DNA of 64,000 nt from Myxococcota bacterium. Its GTDB lineage: Bacteria > Myxococcota_A > UBA796 > SXON01. Below the pieces are notes generated by a model. The model ran no database searches, was not told the DNA's origin, and saw only the letters and a program-made list of their open reading frames with translations. Position numbers and translations under genes: made by a program. The stretch covers positions 64,001 through 128,000 of the forward strand of contig JAZKFH010000042.1 of the NCBI GenBank assembly GCA_040386535.1, given 5' to 3'. This document shows positions 1 to 11,461 of the stretch, in pieces (positions within the stretch are counted from its first letter, which is position 1; every line of letters starts with the position of its first letter).

Positions 1-622
1 CGCGCAGCTGCCGCCGGGCGCCTCCACCGACGTGGTGGTGCGCTACGCCCCGAGCGCGGACGGCGGGGACGAGGGCAGCCTCGCCATCGCCTCGGACGAC
101 CCCGATCGGCCGAGCACCGGCGCGCAACAGTTCGGGAACGGCCACCTGTACGACCCCTGCGAGGGCTTCACCCAGACGGTGCAGATCTTCCTCACCGCCG
201 ACGACGCGTGGCGGGGTTGGATCGACGGCACCGAGTTCAACGCCCCCAACCAGAACGCGTGGAACCAATTCGACACGTTGGAGTGGGAGCTCGCCTGCGG
301 CGACCACGCGTTGTCGCTCTACGCAACGGACACCGGCGCGGCCATCTCCGGCGTCATCGCCGTCGTCACCATCGAGGGCACGGTGCGCTTCGTCAGCGGC
401 CCGTCGAACTGGACCATGCTCGAGGTCGAGCCGCCCTCCGGCTGGACCGACCCGAGCTACGACGACAGCGCCTGGCACATCCCCGAGGTGTGTGCGAACA
501 CCACGGCGTGGGGCACGGCGCCCCAGCCCTTCTACGACCTCGGCGCGTCGTGGATCTGGTGGACCACCGATTGCCAGAGCCTCGGCCAGGCGTGGCTGCG
601 GCTGAACTTCAGCGTGCCCTGA
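1..622 (+). CDS. 5'-truncated secreted protein, C-terminal beta-rich lectin-like domain
   Basis: Open frame from the window edge to TGA at 620-622. Trp/Cys-rich region (TADDAWRGWIDG...GASWIW). Fold is inferred. Confidence 0.6.
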   Translation, partial: AQLPPGASTDVVVRYAPSADGGDEGSLAIASDDPDRPSTGAQQFGNGHLYDPCEGFTQTVQIFLTADDAWRGWIDGTEFNAPNQNAWNQFDTLEWELACGDHALSLYATDTGAAISGVIAVVTIEGTVRFVSGPSNWTMLEVEPPSGWTDPSYDDSAWHIPEVCANTTAWGTAPQPFYDLGASWIWWTTDCQSLGQAWLRLNFSVP

Positions 623-674
623 CCCGCCGCGGACCACGCGGGCGGTTGCCCCGCGCCGCGGGATACACGACTCC

Positions 675-2657
675 GTGCTCCTCGCCCTCCTCGCCTGTAC
701 CCCCCCTGCCCCCGCGCCCACACCCGGCGCCAACGTGCTCCTCGTCACGCTCGACACCGTGCGCGCGGACGCCCTGGGCGCCTACGGCAAGGTGGACGCG
801 TCCACGCCGAGCCTCGATCGCCTCGCCCGCGAGGGCGCGCGGTTCGACAACGCGTATACGGTCACGCCGCTGACGATCCCGGCACACGCGACGATCTTCA
901 CGGGCCTCTGGCCGCCCCGCCACGGGGTGCGCGACAACGGCGAGCTGTTCCTCGGAGAGGAGGCGAACACGCTCGCCGAGGTCCTCGCGGCCAACGGCTA
1001 CGCGACGATGGCGGCGGTGGGCGCCGAGGTCACCTCGCACCATTGGGGCTTTCAGCAGGGGTTCGACGCGTTCTTCGACCAGATGGGGCCCGGCGGCACC
1101 GGCGCGCGGCGGTGGGGGGTCGAGCGCCGGGCCGACAGCGTGGTGCGGGACGCCCTCGCGTGGCTCCGCCCCCGGATGGAGTCCAAGGCGAAGTGGTTCG
1201 GTTGGGTGCACCTCTTCGACGCGCACGACCCCTACCGGCCGCCCGAGCCCTACGCGACGACCTACGCCGATCGCCCCTACGCGGGGGAGGTGGCGTGGGT
1301 TGACGCGCAGGTGGGCGAGCTGCTCGCGGGCCTCGAGAAGGGCGGCGCCCTCGAGAACACCTGGGTGATCGCGGTGGCCGACCACGGCGAGTCGCTGGGC
1401 GAGCACGGCGAGGCCACCCACGGCGTGCTGCTCTACGAGGGCACCACGCGCGTGCCGCTCCTCGTGCGGCCCCCGACGGGGACCCGTTGGGTGCGCGACG
1501 GGGGCGCAGTCGTCCACGCGCCCGTCAGCCTCGTCGACGTGATGCCGACCGTGCTCGGCGCCCTCGGCGTTCCTGTCCCCGCCGGTCTGGACGGGAAGGA
1601 GCTGCTCGGGATGTTGGGGGGTACGGATGCCCCCTCCGACCGGGCGGTGTACGCGGAGAGCCTGTACGCGTGGCGTCACTTCGGGTGGGCGCCCCAGCAC
1701 CTGCTCGTCACGCCCACCCACGTGCTGCTCGACTCCACCACGCCCGAGCTCTACACCCTCGGCGACCACGCCCAGGCGACCGACCTGGCCGCCGCCGACC
1801 CCGCGACGCTCGCCGCCGTCAAGGAGCGCCTCGCGACGCTCCAGGCCACGATGACGCCGCTGCTCACGGCCGACCGCGCCTCCGCCGGCACCGCCGATCG
1901 TGCCGCGATGCTCGAAGCGCTCGGGTACCTCGCGGGCCAGAGCGAGGCCGGTCGGGACGCGACGGGCGCGCCGCTCGCGGGGCTTCCCAACCCGGTCGAT
2001 CGCATGCCGGTCTTGGTCGAGGTGGAGAAGGCGCGCACCGCCTACCGCGCGGGGGATCTCGCCACCGCCCGCCGCACCGCGGAGGCCGCCGTCGCCGCCG
2101 ATCCCGGCATCGTCGAAACCCAGATGCTCCTCGCCACCATCCTGTGGCGCACCGGCGATCTCGCCGCCGCGTGGGACGTGGCCGCCAAGGTCGACGCCGC
2201 GCGCCCCACCTCGCAGACCCGGCACCTCCTCGGCCTGCTCAAGCTGCGCCTGGGCAAGCCCGAGGAGGCCGTACTCCTCCTCGCGGACGCCGTGGTTCGC
2301 GACCCCACGTCCGCGGCCGCCAGCGAGACCTGGCTGCAGACCCTGCTCGTGCTCGAAGATCTCCCCGCCCTCACCGCGGGGGTCGCCACGGCGCGCACCC
2401 ACCTGCCCAACTCCGGCATCGTGCTCGGGCTCGACGGCGTAGCGCGCGCGCTCACCGGCGACACGACCGGAGCCCGCCCCCTCCTCGACGCGGCGATCGC
2501 GAAGCACCCGTACCAGCCGTTCGTGCACCACGCGCTCGGCGTGACCCTCCGCGCACAGGGCGACCTCCCCGGCGCGCGCGCCGCCTTCGCGGAGGAGGCG
2601 CGGCGGTTTCCCCCCGCGAGCGCGTCCCGGCGCGCCCTGGCGGAGCTCGGGCCCTGA
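675..2657 (+). CDS. Sulfatase-like hydrolase/transferase lipoprotein with C-terminal TPRs
   Basis: Lipobox LLAC. Alkaline-phosphatase-superfamily motifs TLDTVRAD, TIPAHATIFTG, HLFDAHDPY, ADHGESLGEHGE. Helical TPR-like tail. Confidence 0.85.
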   Translation: MLLALLACTPPAPAPTPGANVLLVTLDTVRADALGAYGKVDASTPSLDRLAREGARFDNAYTVTPLTIPAHATIFTGLWPPRHGVRDNGELFLGEEANTLAEVLAANGYATMAAVGAEVTSHHWGFQQGFDAFFDQMGPGGTGARRWGVERRADSVVRDALAWLRPRMESKAKWFGWVHLFDAHDPYRPPEPYATTYADRPYAGEVAWVDAQVGELLAGLEKGGALENTWVIAVADHGESLGEHGEATHGVLLYEGTTRVPLLVRPPTGTRWVRDGGAVVHAPVSLVDVMPTVLGALGVPVPAGLDGKELLGMLGGTDAPSDRAVYAESLYAWRHFGWAPQHLLVTPTHVLLDSTTPELYTLGDHAQATDLAAADPATLAAVKERLATLQATMTPLLTADRASAGTADRAAMLEALGYLAGQSEAGRDATGAPLAGLPNPVDRMPVLVEVEKARTAYRAGDLATARRTAEAAVAADPGIVETQMLLATILWRTGDLAAAWDVAAKVDAARPTSQTRHLLGLLKLRLGKPEEAVLLLADAVVRDPTSAAASETWLQTLLVLEDLPALTAGVATARTHLPNSGIVLGLDGVARALTGDTTGARPLLDAAIAKHPYQPFVHHALGVTLRAQGDLPGARAAFAEEARRFPPASASRRALAELGP

Positions 2658-2673
2658 CCGTTCCTCCCCTCCC

Positions 2674-4233
2674 CTACTTCGGGTTCGGCCGCCCCGCGGC
2701 GACCATCGCCCGCACCTCGTCGGGCCAGGCCTCCAGCCGCTCCACGGTCTGCGCGAGCTCGCCGTCGTGGACCGAGAGGGGAAACTCGCGGCGCGCGTCC
2801 TGCACGATCGCGGGGCGGAGCCGGGCCGCGCCCGCCAGCACCTCCTCCACGAGCCCGAGCGTGTCGAGCGTATCGGCCACCTCCACGAGGCGTGTGTCGT
2901 ACCGCGCGGCGCACACGTCCGATTCGAGGCACCACCGGAGGAGCTTGCCACGGCCCTCCCAGGCGTCCATCTGCACAACGTCGAACGTATTGTCGGCCCC
3001 CCACGGCAACAGGTCGAACCGGCCGGACTGGGGGTCATGGTACAGGCGATAGTTGTTGGTGTTCTTGTAGCCGTCCCAATGCAGCGCAAGGCGCTCGGTC
3101 GCGAGGTAGGTGAGCACCTGGTCCAGGTCCACCAACGTCTCGAGGTGGGCGATCCCGGCGGCGTCCGGCGGGGCCTGGAGCGCGTCGATGACCGCGGTCA
3201 GGTCGGCGCGATCGTCGGGATCGGGCCCCTCGTCGTATTCGAACCGCGCCTCGTGTCCCGGCACGAGATCGATCCCGTGCGAGCCCTCGTACAGCGCACC
3301 GGTCGGGTCGTCGTACCAACGTGCCAGGAACGTGTCGTCCACCGTCTCCACCAACAATGAAAGGCCGTACGCCTCTCCGTTCAGTGACACTGTCGCCCAC
3401 CCCACCCGCGGCGCCGGGACGCCGAGCGCCCGGAAGAACGTGTAGGTGAGGTGCTCGCGGAGGTAGGTCTCGTCCTGCACCATGTTGTTGAGCGTGAGGC
3501 TCTCCTGCCCGCGCCACCGCAGGCCGGCGAACGTGTCCAGATCGATCTTCCAGCCGGGCTTCTCGCCGATCTCGCGGCGCGATCCGTGCTCGGACTTGAG
3601 TCGCACCGCCACGGGCGCGTAGCGCAGCCCGTCCAACGTCACGGCGCCCTCCACCCACGTCAATCGGTCCACGCGGAGGCTCTCCACCGCGTCCGCGGAG
3701 AGCTCGATGCCCACGGCGTGGATCGCCCCTGGACCGAACGCGACCGCGCTCGGATCCAATGTGTCATCCGGCGCCGTTGGGTTGGCCGCGCCGGGGGTCG
3801 TCCACACGGTCAGCGCCCACTCGCCGCCGTCGGGGTGCCGCGCCCAGGCCACGTCGGGGTCGGGCGCGCCGAGCGCGAGCTGATCGAGCACGCCGGACGC
3901 GTCGGCGAGGGTGAGCGTCTCGTCCGCGCCGAGCCGGAACGGGGCTGCGGCGTCGAGCGGCACCAGCAGGCGTGCTCCCGGCGCCAGCGCGCCGTCGCCA
4001 TGCCAGATCCCCTCCCCGTCGCTGAGCGTCACCCCTTCCAACGGAGCGGGCGTGGTGCCGGGGTTGTACAGCTCTACCCAATCCGGAAACTGGACGCTCC
4101 CGTCGTCCCAGGTCGATTGGTTCCGCGGGAGGACCTCGTTCAGGACGAGCTCCCCGGCGCCGGTCGACCCGGCCGTGCCACGCGCCCCGTCCCCTCCTTC
4201 GGGGGGAGCGAGGCATGCCAACAAGTACAACAT
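2674..4233 (-). CDS. Lamin-tail domain + CotH kinase family lipoprotein
   Basis: LVLNEV...DWVELYN (LTD). KPGWKIDLD, LNNMVQD, HWDGY..NNYRLY, LLPWGADNTF (CotH-type). Confidence 0.8.
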   Translation of the reverse strand: MLYLLACLAPPEGGDGARGTAGSTGAGELVLNEVLPRNQSTWDDGSVQFPDWVELYNPGTTPAPLEGVTLSDGEGIWHGDGALAPGARLLVPLDAAAPFRLGADETLTLADASGVLDQLALGAPDPDVAWARHPDGGEWALTVWTTPGAANPTAPDDTLDPSAVAFGPGAIHAVGIELSADAVESLRVDRLTWVEGAVTLDGLRYAPVAVRLKSEHGSRREIGEKPGWKIDLDTFAGLRWRGQESLTLNNMVQDETYLREHLTYTFFRALGVPAPRVGWATVSLNGEAYGLSLLVETVDDTFLARWYDDPTGALYEGSHGIDLVPGHEARFEYDEGPDPDDRADLTAVIDALQAPPDAAGIAHLETLVDLDQVLTYLATERLALHWDGYKNTNNYRLYHDPQSGRFDLLPWGADNTFDVVQMDAWEGRGKLLRWCLESDVCAARYDTRLVEVADTLDTLGLVEEVLAGAARLRPAIVQDARREFPLSVHDGELAQTVERLEAWPDEVRAMVAAGRPNPK

Positions 4234-4329
4234 GACAGGGAGAACCTAAGCCCCTCGGAGGCGGCGAGGAGCCCGAGCTTCGGCCCCACCGAAGCCCCAC
4301 GGCTGGCCGCGGTCGGCTATCCTTTGCGC

Positions 4330-5610
4330 ATGGTGCTCGCCCCGCTGCTCCTCGCCGGATGTGTGGACTACACGCTCGAGGCGCCGCGGTTTCCCGCCAT
4401 CGCCGTGAGCCCCGCGGTCCTCGCGCGCACGGGCGCCTGTGACAGCGAGCCCGCCACGCTCACCATCACCAACGAGGGCACCTCCGATCTGACGCTCACG
4501 TCGATCACGGTCGAGGGCGGGGTCGACCTGACGGCGCCCGCGCTGCCGCTCGTGCTCGAGCCGGACGCCGAGCTCGCCCTCACTTTTACGGTCGAGCCCG
4601 GCGCGGGCGTCGTCGGGATCACCAGCGACGACCCGGTGGAGCCCCTCGTCCTCGTCCCCATCACGGCCGAGGCGAACGTACACCCGGTCGTGACGATCCT
4701 CTCGCCCTACGAGGACGAGTGGATCGCGGCGGACGAGCCCTTCGTGCTCCTCGGCGTCGTCTCCGACACGGAGGACTCCGCCGCCGCCCTGGCCCTCGAA
4801 TGGCGCTCCAGCCTCGCCGGGACGGTGGGCGCGCCCGTGGCGGACGCCGACGGCACCGTGAGCACGGACTGGCCCGCGGACGAGCGCAGGAGCGGCCCCC
4901 AGACCATCGCGCTCCGCGCCACGGACGCCTGCGGCGCGGTCGGCGAGGCCACGCTCTTCTACTGCCAGGACGGCCCGTTCACGTTCGACGCGCTCGTGGC
5001 CGACGCGTGGCTGGTCACGTCCGCGGCCGTGGTCGACGCCACCGCCGGCCTCCTCACCCTCGGCGATGCCGCCGGGCCCGCCGTCGGCGCCGGCTTCGAC
5101 GCCTTCGCCCTGGTCAACGCCGACCGGGTCGACACGTCGTTCGACGTGCGGCTCACCGGGGAGGTCACCGGGTTCTCGCTCACCGCTCTTGACGCCGACG
5201 CGGGCTCGGGCTGGATCGGCGGCGACGGGTGCGGCCTCGGCTTCGGCGGCGGCGTGGCCTGCACGGGCGGCCCCGCGCTGCCCGGCTGGTCGCTCGCCTT
5301 TCCCGCCCCCGGCTCGGGCGCCCCGGCGTGTGTGGAGGGCCCCCTGGCGGCCTTCACGTTCAACGGCGACCTCACCTCCTGGGCCGCGTGCGCCGCCACC
5401 CCCTCGCTCGCGGACGGCGCGTGGCACACGGTCGCGGTGTCGATCGACGCGCCGCGCGTGACCGTGACGATCGACCGTGTCGTCGTCCTCGACGAGGACA
5501 TCGACGCCACCTGGGCGTTCCCCGCCTTCCTCGGCTTCACCGCGAGCACGGCGGGCCCGGGCACCGTCGAGATCGCCGCCCTCTCCGTCACCGACGAGCG
5601 CTGCGAGTAG
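4330..5610 (+). CDS. Lipoprotein with Ig-like (choice-of-anchor D-like) and legume-lectin-like domains
   Basis: ATG at 4330, MVLAPLLLAGC. ITNEGTSDLTL..., DGAWHTV...LGFTAST lectin-type signature. Confidence 0.65.
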   Translation: MVLAPLLLAGCVDYTLEAPRFPAIAVSPAVLARTGACDSEPATLTITNEGTSDLTLTSITVEGGVDLTAPALPLVLEPDAELALTFTVEPGAGVVGITSDDPVEPLVLVPITAEANVHPVVTILSPYEDEWIAADEPFVLLGVVSDTEDSAAALALEWRSSLAGTVGAPVADADGTVSTDWPADERRSGPQTIALRATDACGAVGEATLFYCQDGPFTFDALVADAWLVTSAAVVDATAGLLTLGDAAGPAVGAGFDAFALVNADRVDTSFDVRLTGEVTGFSLTALDADAGSGWIGGDGCGLGFGGGVACTGGPALPGWSLAFPAPGSGAPACVEGPLAAFTFNGDLTSWAACAATPSLADGAWHTVAVSIDAPRVTVTIDRVVVLDEDIDATWAFPAFLGFTASTAGPGTVEIAALSVTDERCE

Positions 5611-5623
5611 CCGCGACCGGGCG

Positions 5624-6280
5624 CTACGGACACGCCCCGCTGCACGGCAGCAGCGCGTCGAACGCACCCGTGACCGTGCCGCCGCCGTCTTCCGCCGTCC
5701 ACTCCCCCGCGAGGGTGCCCGCGAGTGTGTACGTGTCTACGTCCACACGCGCGAAGCGGGTGAAGGCGAGGCGCCACGTCGTGGTCGTGCTGTCCGCCGC
5801 GCCGTAGGTCCACGTGCCATCCTCGTCGCCGAGGCCCCACGTCGCGCCGTCGGGAGCGGCCCAGTCGCCCTCGCCGCCGCGACTGAACGTGACGCCCACC
5901 CAGGGGCGCGCGCCCTCGGCGCGGTAACACCCGATGCTCCCGGCCACGTTGCCGAGCGCGTCGCTCCAGTAGCGGACGAACACGGTGTCGCCGTCGGCCT
6001 CGGTACAGTCCACGGCGAACGGGGCGCCCTTCCAGGTCCCCGCCACGTGCAGGGACCCGGCGAGCGGCGCGGTGCCGCCGGAGTCCGTGTCATCCGTGTC
6101 TGTGTCATCCGTATCGGTGTCATCCGCATCGGTGTCACCAGAGTCGGTGTCCCCATCGGTGTCACCCGCGTCCGTGTCCCCGGACGTGTCCCCCGCAGGC
6201 TTGTCCTCCGGCGGGGTGACACACCCGAAGGTGACGGCCGCGAGGAGCGCGCCGATGGCGAGGCGAGGCCCTACGGACAC
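5624..6280 (-). CDS. Hypothetical lipoprotein with Asp/Thr linker
   Basis: GTG at 6280 overlaps the upstream stop. Lipobox TFGC followed by DT-rich repeats. Confidence 0.6.
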   Translation of the reverse strand: MSVGPRLAIGALLAAVTFGCVTPPEDKPAGDTSGDTDAGDTDGDTDSGDTDADDTDTDDTDTDDTDSGGTAPLAGSLHVAGTWKGAPFAVDCTEADGDTVFVRYWSDALGNVAGSIGCYRAEGARPWVGVTFSRGGEGDWAAPDGATWGLGDEDGTWTYGAADSTTTTWRLAFTRFARVDVDTYTLAGTLAGEWTAEDGGGTVTGAFDALLPCSGACP

Positions 6281-8256
6281 GCGATGTCGGCCCACGTGTC
6301 GGCGTTGTTGTCCTCGTCGCACTCGTTCACGGCGTCGATGCCGGTGCCATCGTCGTCGATCACGGCCGTGTAGCCATTCAACCCGATGTCGGCCGGGGTC
6401 AGCTCGATGGTGATGCCGTCGAGCATCGTGCCCGCGGGGATCTCGGGCAGCACGACCGTGGCGACGAGGCGAGGCACATCGTCCTCGGCGTACAACGAGA
6501 GGATCACCCCCGCGTCCACGTCGGAGCCGCCCTGGTTCGCGACCTGCACGCCCACCAGCACCGGCCCGTAGTCACAGTCCGCCACACACACTTCCCGGAT
6601 GCTCGCCACCAGATCGGGCGTGGACGGATCGTCCGCCGCGACGCGGGCCCGGTACACGTTGTACTTGAGCCAGGAGGCCTCGGGCACGGCGGGGACGCTG
6701 CCGTCCGAATTGATGTTGGTGATGGCGAAGTCGTGGGTGGCCCAGGTGCTGCCGGCCGCCGGCCAGCCGTCGCCGTTGTGCTCGAACGCCGCCGCGAGGC
6801 CCCACGTGGCGCCGTAGTTGCTCACCAGCACGATCTCGGTGTGCCCGTCGGCGTCGAGGTCGGCGACCACGGGGTACTCGAACACGGTGCCCGAGGCGTG
6901 GTCGTTGTTGACGTAGTTGGTCGCGCCGGTGCGCCCGTCGATGATCTTGAAGCTGTCCTGGTCGGCGAACAACACCTCGAGCGCGCCGTCGTTGTCGACA
7001 TCGTAGCCGGAGCAGCCGGCGAGGCCGGACGTGTCGTTCATCGGCACGGACCACACCGGCGTGCCGTCCAATTCGTACATCACGAGGGTCTGGTAGGCGG
7101 GCCACGCCACCTCGGCCACGCCGTCCCCGTCGAAGTCACCCGCGCAGGGGGGCCCGGGCTGGGCGGTGGCGCCGTAGCGGACGCTGTAGATCCGGGTGCC
7201 GTCGTCCTCCCAGAGCGTCCAGTTCTGGCCCACGAACCCGATCTCCGCCTCGTCGTCCGTGTCCGCGTTCAGGATGATGGGCCAGAAGCCGTACGTGCCG
7301 ACCTCTCCCGTCGACCAGAGCAGCGTGCCGTCGCTGTCGTAGGCGTTTCCGGTCATGAAGATCTCTTGATCGCCGTCCTGGTCCACGTCCGCCACCGCCG
7401 CGATGCGGTAGGGGTTCGACGTGCTCGCGTTCAAGCTGAACAACACGGTTCCGGTGGGGCCGTCGAGCACCAGATCGTCCGCGATGATCTCCGGCGTGCC
7501 ATTCCCGTCGAGGTCGGCGGTGCTGACCAGCGGGTACGAGGTGGAGGAGGGCGAGCGGGCAGCGGTCCACTTGAGCGTGCCGTCCCCCTCGAGCGCCATG
7601 GGGCGGGCCGAGGCGTCGAACGACACCACGTCGGGCCGCCCGTCGGAGTCGATGTCGGCGATGATCACGCCGCCCGTGGTGGTCGAGCCCGAGTACACCC
7701 ACTTCTCGGCGCCCGTGGCCCCGTCGATCGCGACGATGTGCCCGCGGCTGCCGAACGCGACGACCACCACCTCGGGGCTGTCGTTCTCGTCGATGACCCC
7801 GTCGCCGTTGTCGTCGTCCAGGTTGCCGATGACCGGCTGCGAGTAGCTGTTGGACGCGCTCGCGTCGACAGAGGGCGCGCGGAACGTCCACTTCGTACGG
7901 ACGCTCCAGGGGTCGGTCACGACGGTACCGCCGCCGCCCGTCGTGCCCTCGCACTCCTCGACGATGGCGACCACGCCCGCGTCTCCCACGTCGAGCACCG
8001 GGCACTCGGCGTCGAGGCAGTCGGCGCGGCCGTTGAGGTCCGCGTCGGGAAACCCTTCGTCGATCAGGCCGTCGCCGTCATCGTCGGCGCCGTTGCACAC
8101 CTCTTCGGTCGGCGGCACATCGGTGTCGTCGACGGGCGGATCGGTATCCGCCCCGGTGTCGAACGGCTCCGCCTCGGGCGGCTTGCCGTTGAGGCCGCTC
8201 TCGATGTTGCAGGCGGAGATGCTGGTCAGCACGAGGAGGAGCAGGTGGGGGCGCAA
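6271..8256 (-). CDS. FG-GAP/VCBS repeat beta-propeller lipoprotein with C-terminal CARDB-like domain
   Basis: Lipobox ISAC. EVCNGADDDGDG metal-binding motif, repeated ADxDGDGxxEI, and PDLV...VANQG...ECDEDNN. Confidence 0.8.
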   Translation of the reverse strand: MRPHLLLLVLTSISACNIESGLNGKPPEAEPFDTGADTDPPVDDTDVPPTEEVCNGADDDGDGLIDEGFPDADLNGRADCLDAECPVLDVGDAGVVAIVEECEGTTGGGGTVVTDPWSVRTKWTFRAPSVDASASNSYSQPVIGNLDDDNGDGVIDENDSPEVVVVAFGSRGHIVAIDGATGAEKWVYSGSTTTGGVIIADIDSDGRPDVVSFDASARPMALEGDGTLKWTAARSPSSTSYPLVSTADLDGNGTPEIIADDLVLDGPTGTVLFSLNASTSNPYRIAAVADVDQDGDQEIFMTGNAYDSDGTLLWSTGEVGTYGFWPIILNADTDDEAEIGFVGQNWTLWEDDGTRIYSVRYGATAQPGPPCAGDFDGDGVAEVAWPAYQTLVMYELDGTPVWSVPMNDTSGLAGCSGYDVDNDGALEVLFADQDSFKIIDGRTGATNYVNNDHASGTVFEYPVVADLDADGHTEIVLVSNYGATWGLAAAFEHNGDGWPAAGSTWATHDFAITNINSDGSVPAVPEASWLKYNVYRARVAADDPSTPDLVASIREVCVADCDYGPVLVGVQVANQGGSDVDAGVILSLYAEDDVPRLVATVVLPEIPAGTMLDGITIELTPADIGLNGYTAVIDDDGTGIDAVNECDEDNNADTWADIACP

Positions 8257-8326
8257 CGTTCGTCTCCGGAAGGGACACGAACGATAGCACTACCGCTGCT
8301 ACGACGCTTGCAGATCCGGCCGCGAC

Positions 8327-9439
<1,113 letters not shown>

Positions 9440-9531
9440 GGGAGCTCGTTCGGAACTCGGCGAGAGGTCAACCTTCCGCCTGCCGAGCGCGATGGGAGGA
9501 GAGCGCCTCATTCACACGAGGCTACGATTGC

Positions 9532-9560
9532 ACCTTATATCGAGATTGGCATTTCGTCAA
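9532..9560 (-). promoter_or_regulatory. Putative sigma70 promoter of the helicase
   Basis: TTGACG-N17-TAAGGT on the minus strand in an AT-richer intergenic patch. Confidence 0.45.
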
Positions 9561-9654
9561 GACCCGCTACGACGTCGAGCTGACCGCGATCCCGGCCTTA
9601 TACACACCCAAACGTGGCGATTTGTGAGCCTCGAGTCGAACCTCGAGCGTGTCA

Positions 9655-10824
9655 TCATCGGCCACTCTGTGTCGCGCTCCGCAGGGCGCTGGCCGGGTGC
9701 TCCGCGAGCCCGCGGATCAGGCGATCCATCTCGGCCCAGGTGGTGTCCCACGAGCGCTCGCCCAGGAAGCGATCGACCCGACGCTGGCGCTCGGGATCGG
9801 CCCGTTCGGCCAGCGCGCGTTCGCACGCAGAGACGAACGTGGCGGCGTCGTCCGCCTGGTACACGAGGCCCGGCTCGCCGAACGAATCCCCCCGGTCCGC
9901 GGCGGACGTCGACACCACGGGAAGCCCGGCGGAGAGGTACTCCGCGGTCCGGGTGGGCGCAGAGTCCGGGGGCGCGTGCTCCTGCGTACCGTCGCCCCCA
10001 GGGCCCTGGATCCGCGCCAACGGGAGGATCCCGAGGTCGACGTGGGCCAGGTGGGCGGGCAGGTCCGCGTAGTCCCGCGGGCCGAACCAATGGAGGTTGG
10101 GAGATCGGGGGAGCGCGTGTGGAGCGAACCCCGACGTGGGCCCGATCATCACCCAGCTCCACATGGGCCGCCGGCGCGCCGCCTCGGCGAGGAGCGGCAG
10201 GTTCAGCCGCTCGTCGATGTCCCCGATCCAACACAAGCGCGGGCTCGGCAGGCCGCGGAGCGCCTCGGGCTCGGGGATCCCCGGCGTCCGCGCCTGGGCG
10301 AAGTGAGAGGTGTCGGCGCTCGACGGGAACAGGTGCACGCGCGGGTGGGACCGCCGGCGAGCCTCGAACAGGCGCCGACCGCTGGTGAACACCAGCGACG
10401 ACGCGGCGAGCAGGGCGTGCTCGCGCAGCAACAGCTCGGGAGACACGAAGTGGGCCGCCCAGAGCGCGTCCATGCAGTCGTACACGACCGCGCGCGGCTC
10501 GACCGCCTCCACCATCGGCAGCATCATGGGGGTGTAGAGCCACGCCACGGGCGCGTCGATGCCCTCGACCATCACCAGCTGCTCCAGGAGCGCCGCCAGG
10601 GCCTGCGCTGTCGCCAGGGGCGGGAGCCCGTCGGGGAGGTGGGGCACGCAGACCGCCACCCCGTCGGGCGTCACCGAACGCTGGAGGCGCGGCGCGGCCG
10701 CTCCGAACACCGGCTCCTCCACGAACCACACCCGCCGATCGCGCGCCGCCCGCCGCATGAGGTGGTGGGGCCGCTCATGGCTGCACCCCCAGCGAACGTG
10801 CGAAAAGCAGATGACGTCGTGCAT
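9655..10824 (-). CDS. GT-B fold glycosyltransferase (GT4-like)
   Basis: MHDVICFSHVRW..ERPHHLM, VYDCMDAL, G.IDERL, EYLSAGLPVVST. Confidence 0.8.
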   Translation of the reverse strand: MHDVICFSHVRWGCSHERPHHLMRRAARDRRVWFVEEPVFGAAAPRLQRSVTPDGVAVCVPHLPDGLPPLATAQALAALLEQLVMVEGIDAPVAWLYTPMMLPMVEAVEPRAVVYDCMDALWAAHFVSPELLLREHALLAASSLVFTSGRRLFEARRRSHPRVHLFPSSADTSHFAQARTPGIPEPEALRGLPSPRLCWIGDIDERLNLPLLAEAARRRPMWSWVMIGPTSGFAPHALPRSPNLHWFGPRDYADLPAHLAHVDLGILPLARIQGPGGDGTQEHAPPDSAPTRTAEYLSAGLPVVSTSAADRGDSFGEPGLVYQADDAATFVSACERALAERADPERQRRVDRFLGERSWDTTWAEMDRLIRGLAEHPASALRSATQSGR

Positions 10825-10870
10825 GGACCCTCCCCCCGTAAGGTAGGGCCCGCGCGCCGCCGGGGAACCG

Positions 10871-11209
10871 TCAGAAACCGAGGAGGCAGGCCCCGAGATC
10901 GATGTCGTCGCAATCGTCGTACACCAGACCGACGTCGCCCAGCGCCTCGCCCACGTCGTCACAATCGGCCGCGCGGGCCGCGGCGAGGTACTCGGAGGCG
11001 CCCTGCCCGTCGAACTCGCAGTTATCGTTGTAACAATCGACGAGATCCTCGTAATTGTCCGCGTTCTCGTCGAAACACTCCCCCTGATCGTCGTAGTTGG
11101 CTTCGAAGTCGGCCTTCTGGCATTCCTCGGAGCGGGCGCAGACAAGCGCCACGGACTTGTCGGAGAAGTTGCCTTCGGTGACGCAGGCGAGCAGGAGCAG
11201 GAGCGACAT
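10871..11209 (-). CDS. Small Cys-rich acidic lipoprotein
   Basis: MSLLLLLAC with multiple Cys; 112 aa. Confidence 0.65.
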   Translation of the reverse strand: MSLLLLLACVTEGNFSDKSVALVCARSEECQKADFEANYDDQGECFDENADNYEDLVDCYNDNCEFDGQGASEYLAAARAADCDDVGEALGDVGLVYDDCDDIDLGACLLGF

Positions 11210-11461
11210 GAGAGACCTCGGTCGCTCGTCGTGTAGCACCTCCGGCGGGTGGAGCGCCACCGCCGACCCCCTCGCCGCCCCCTTCGCAAGGAGCGCGCAA
11301 GCCCCCGCGGAGCGCACGGACGCCCGTCCGGAGGCCAATCGTCGCCGTCGTGGCCCTTTCGTCGGCTCGCCTCGCGCTTGGTCCAAGGGGTACGACGCGC
11401 TACGCTCCCGCCGCCGCGTCAGCCACATGCCGCGACAGCACCGTTTCGAGGCAGACGCGCG

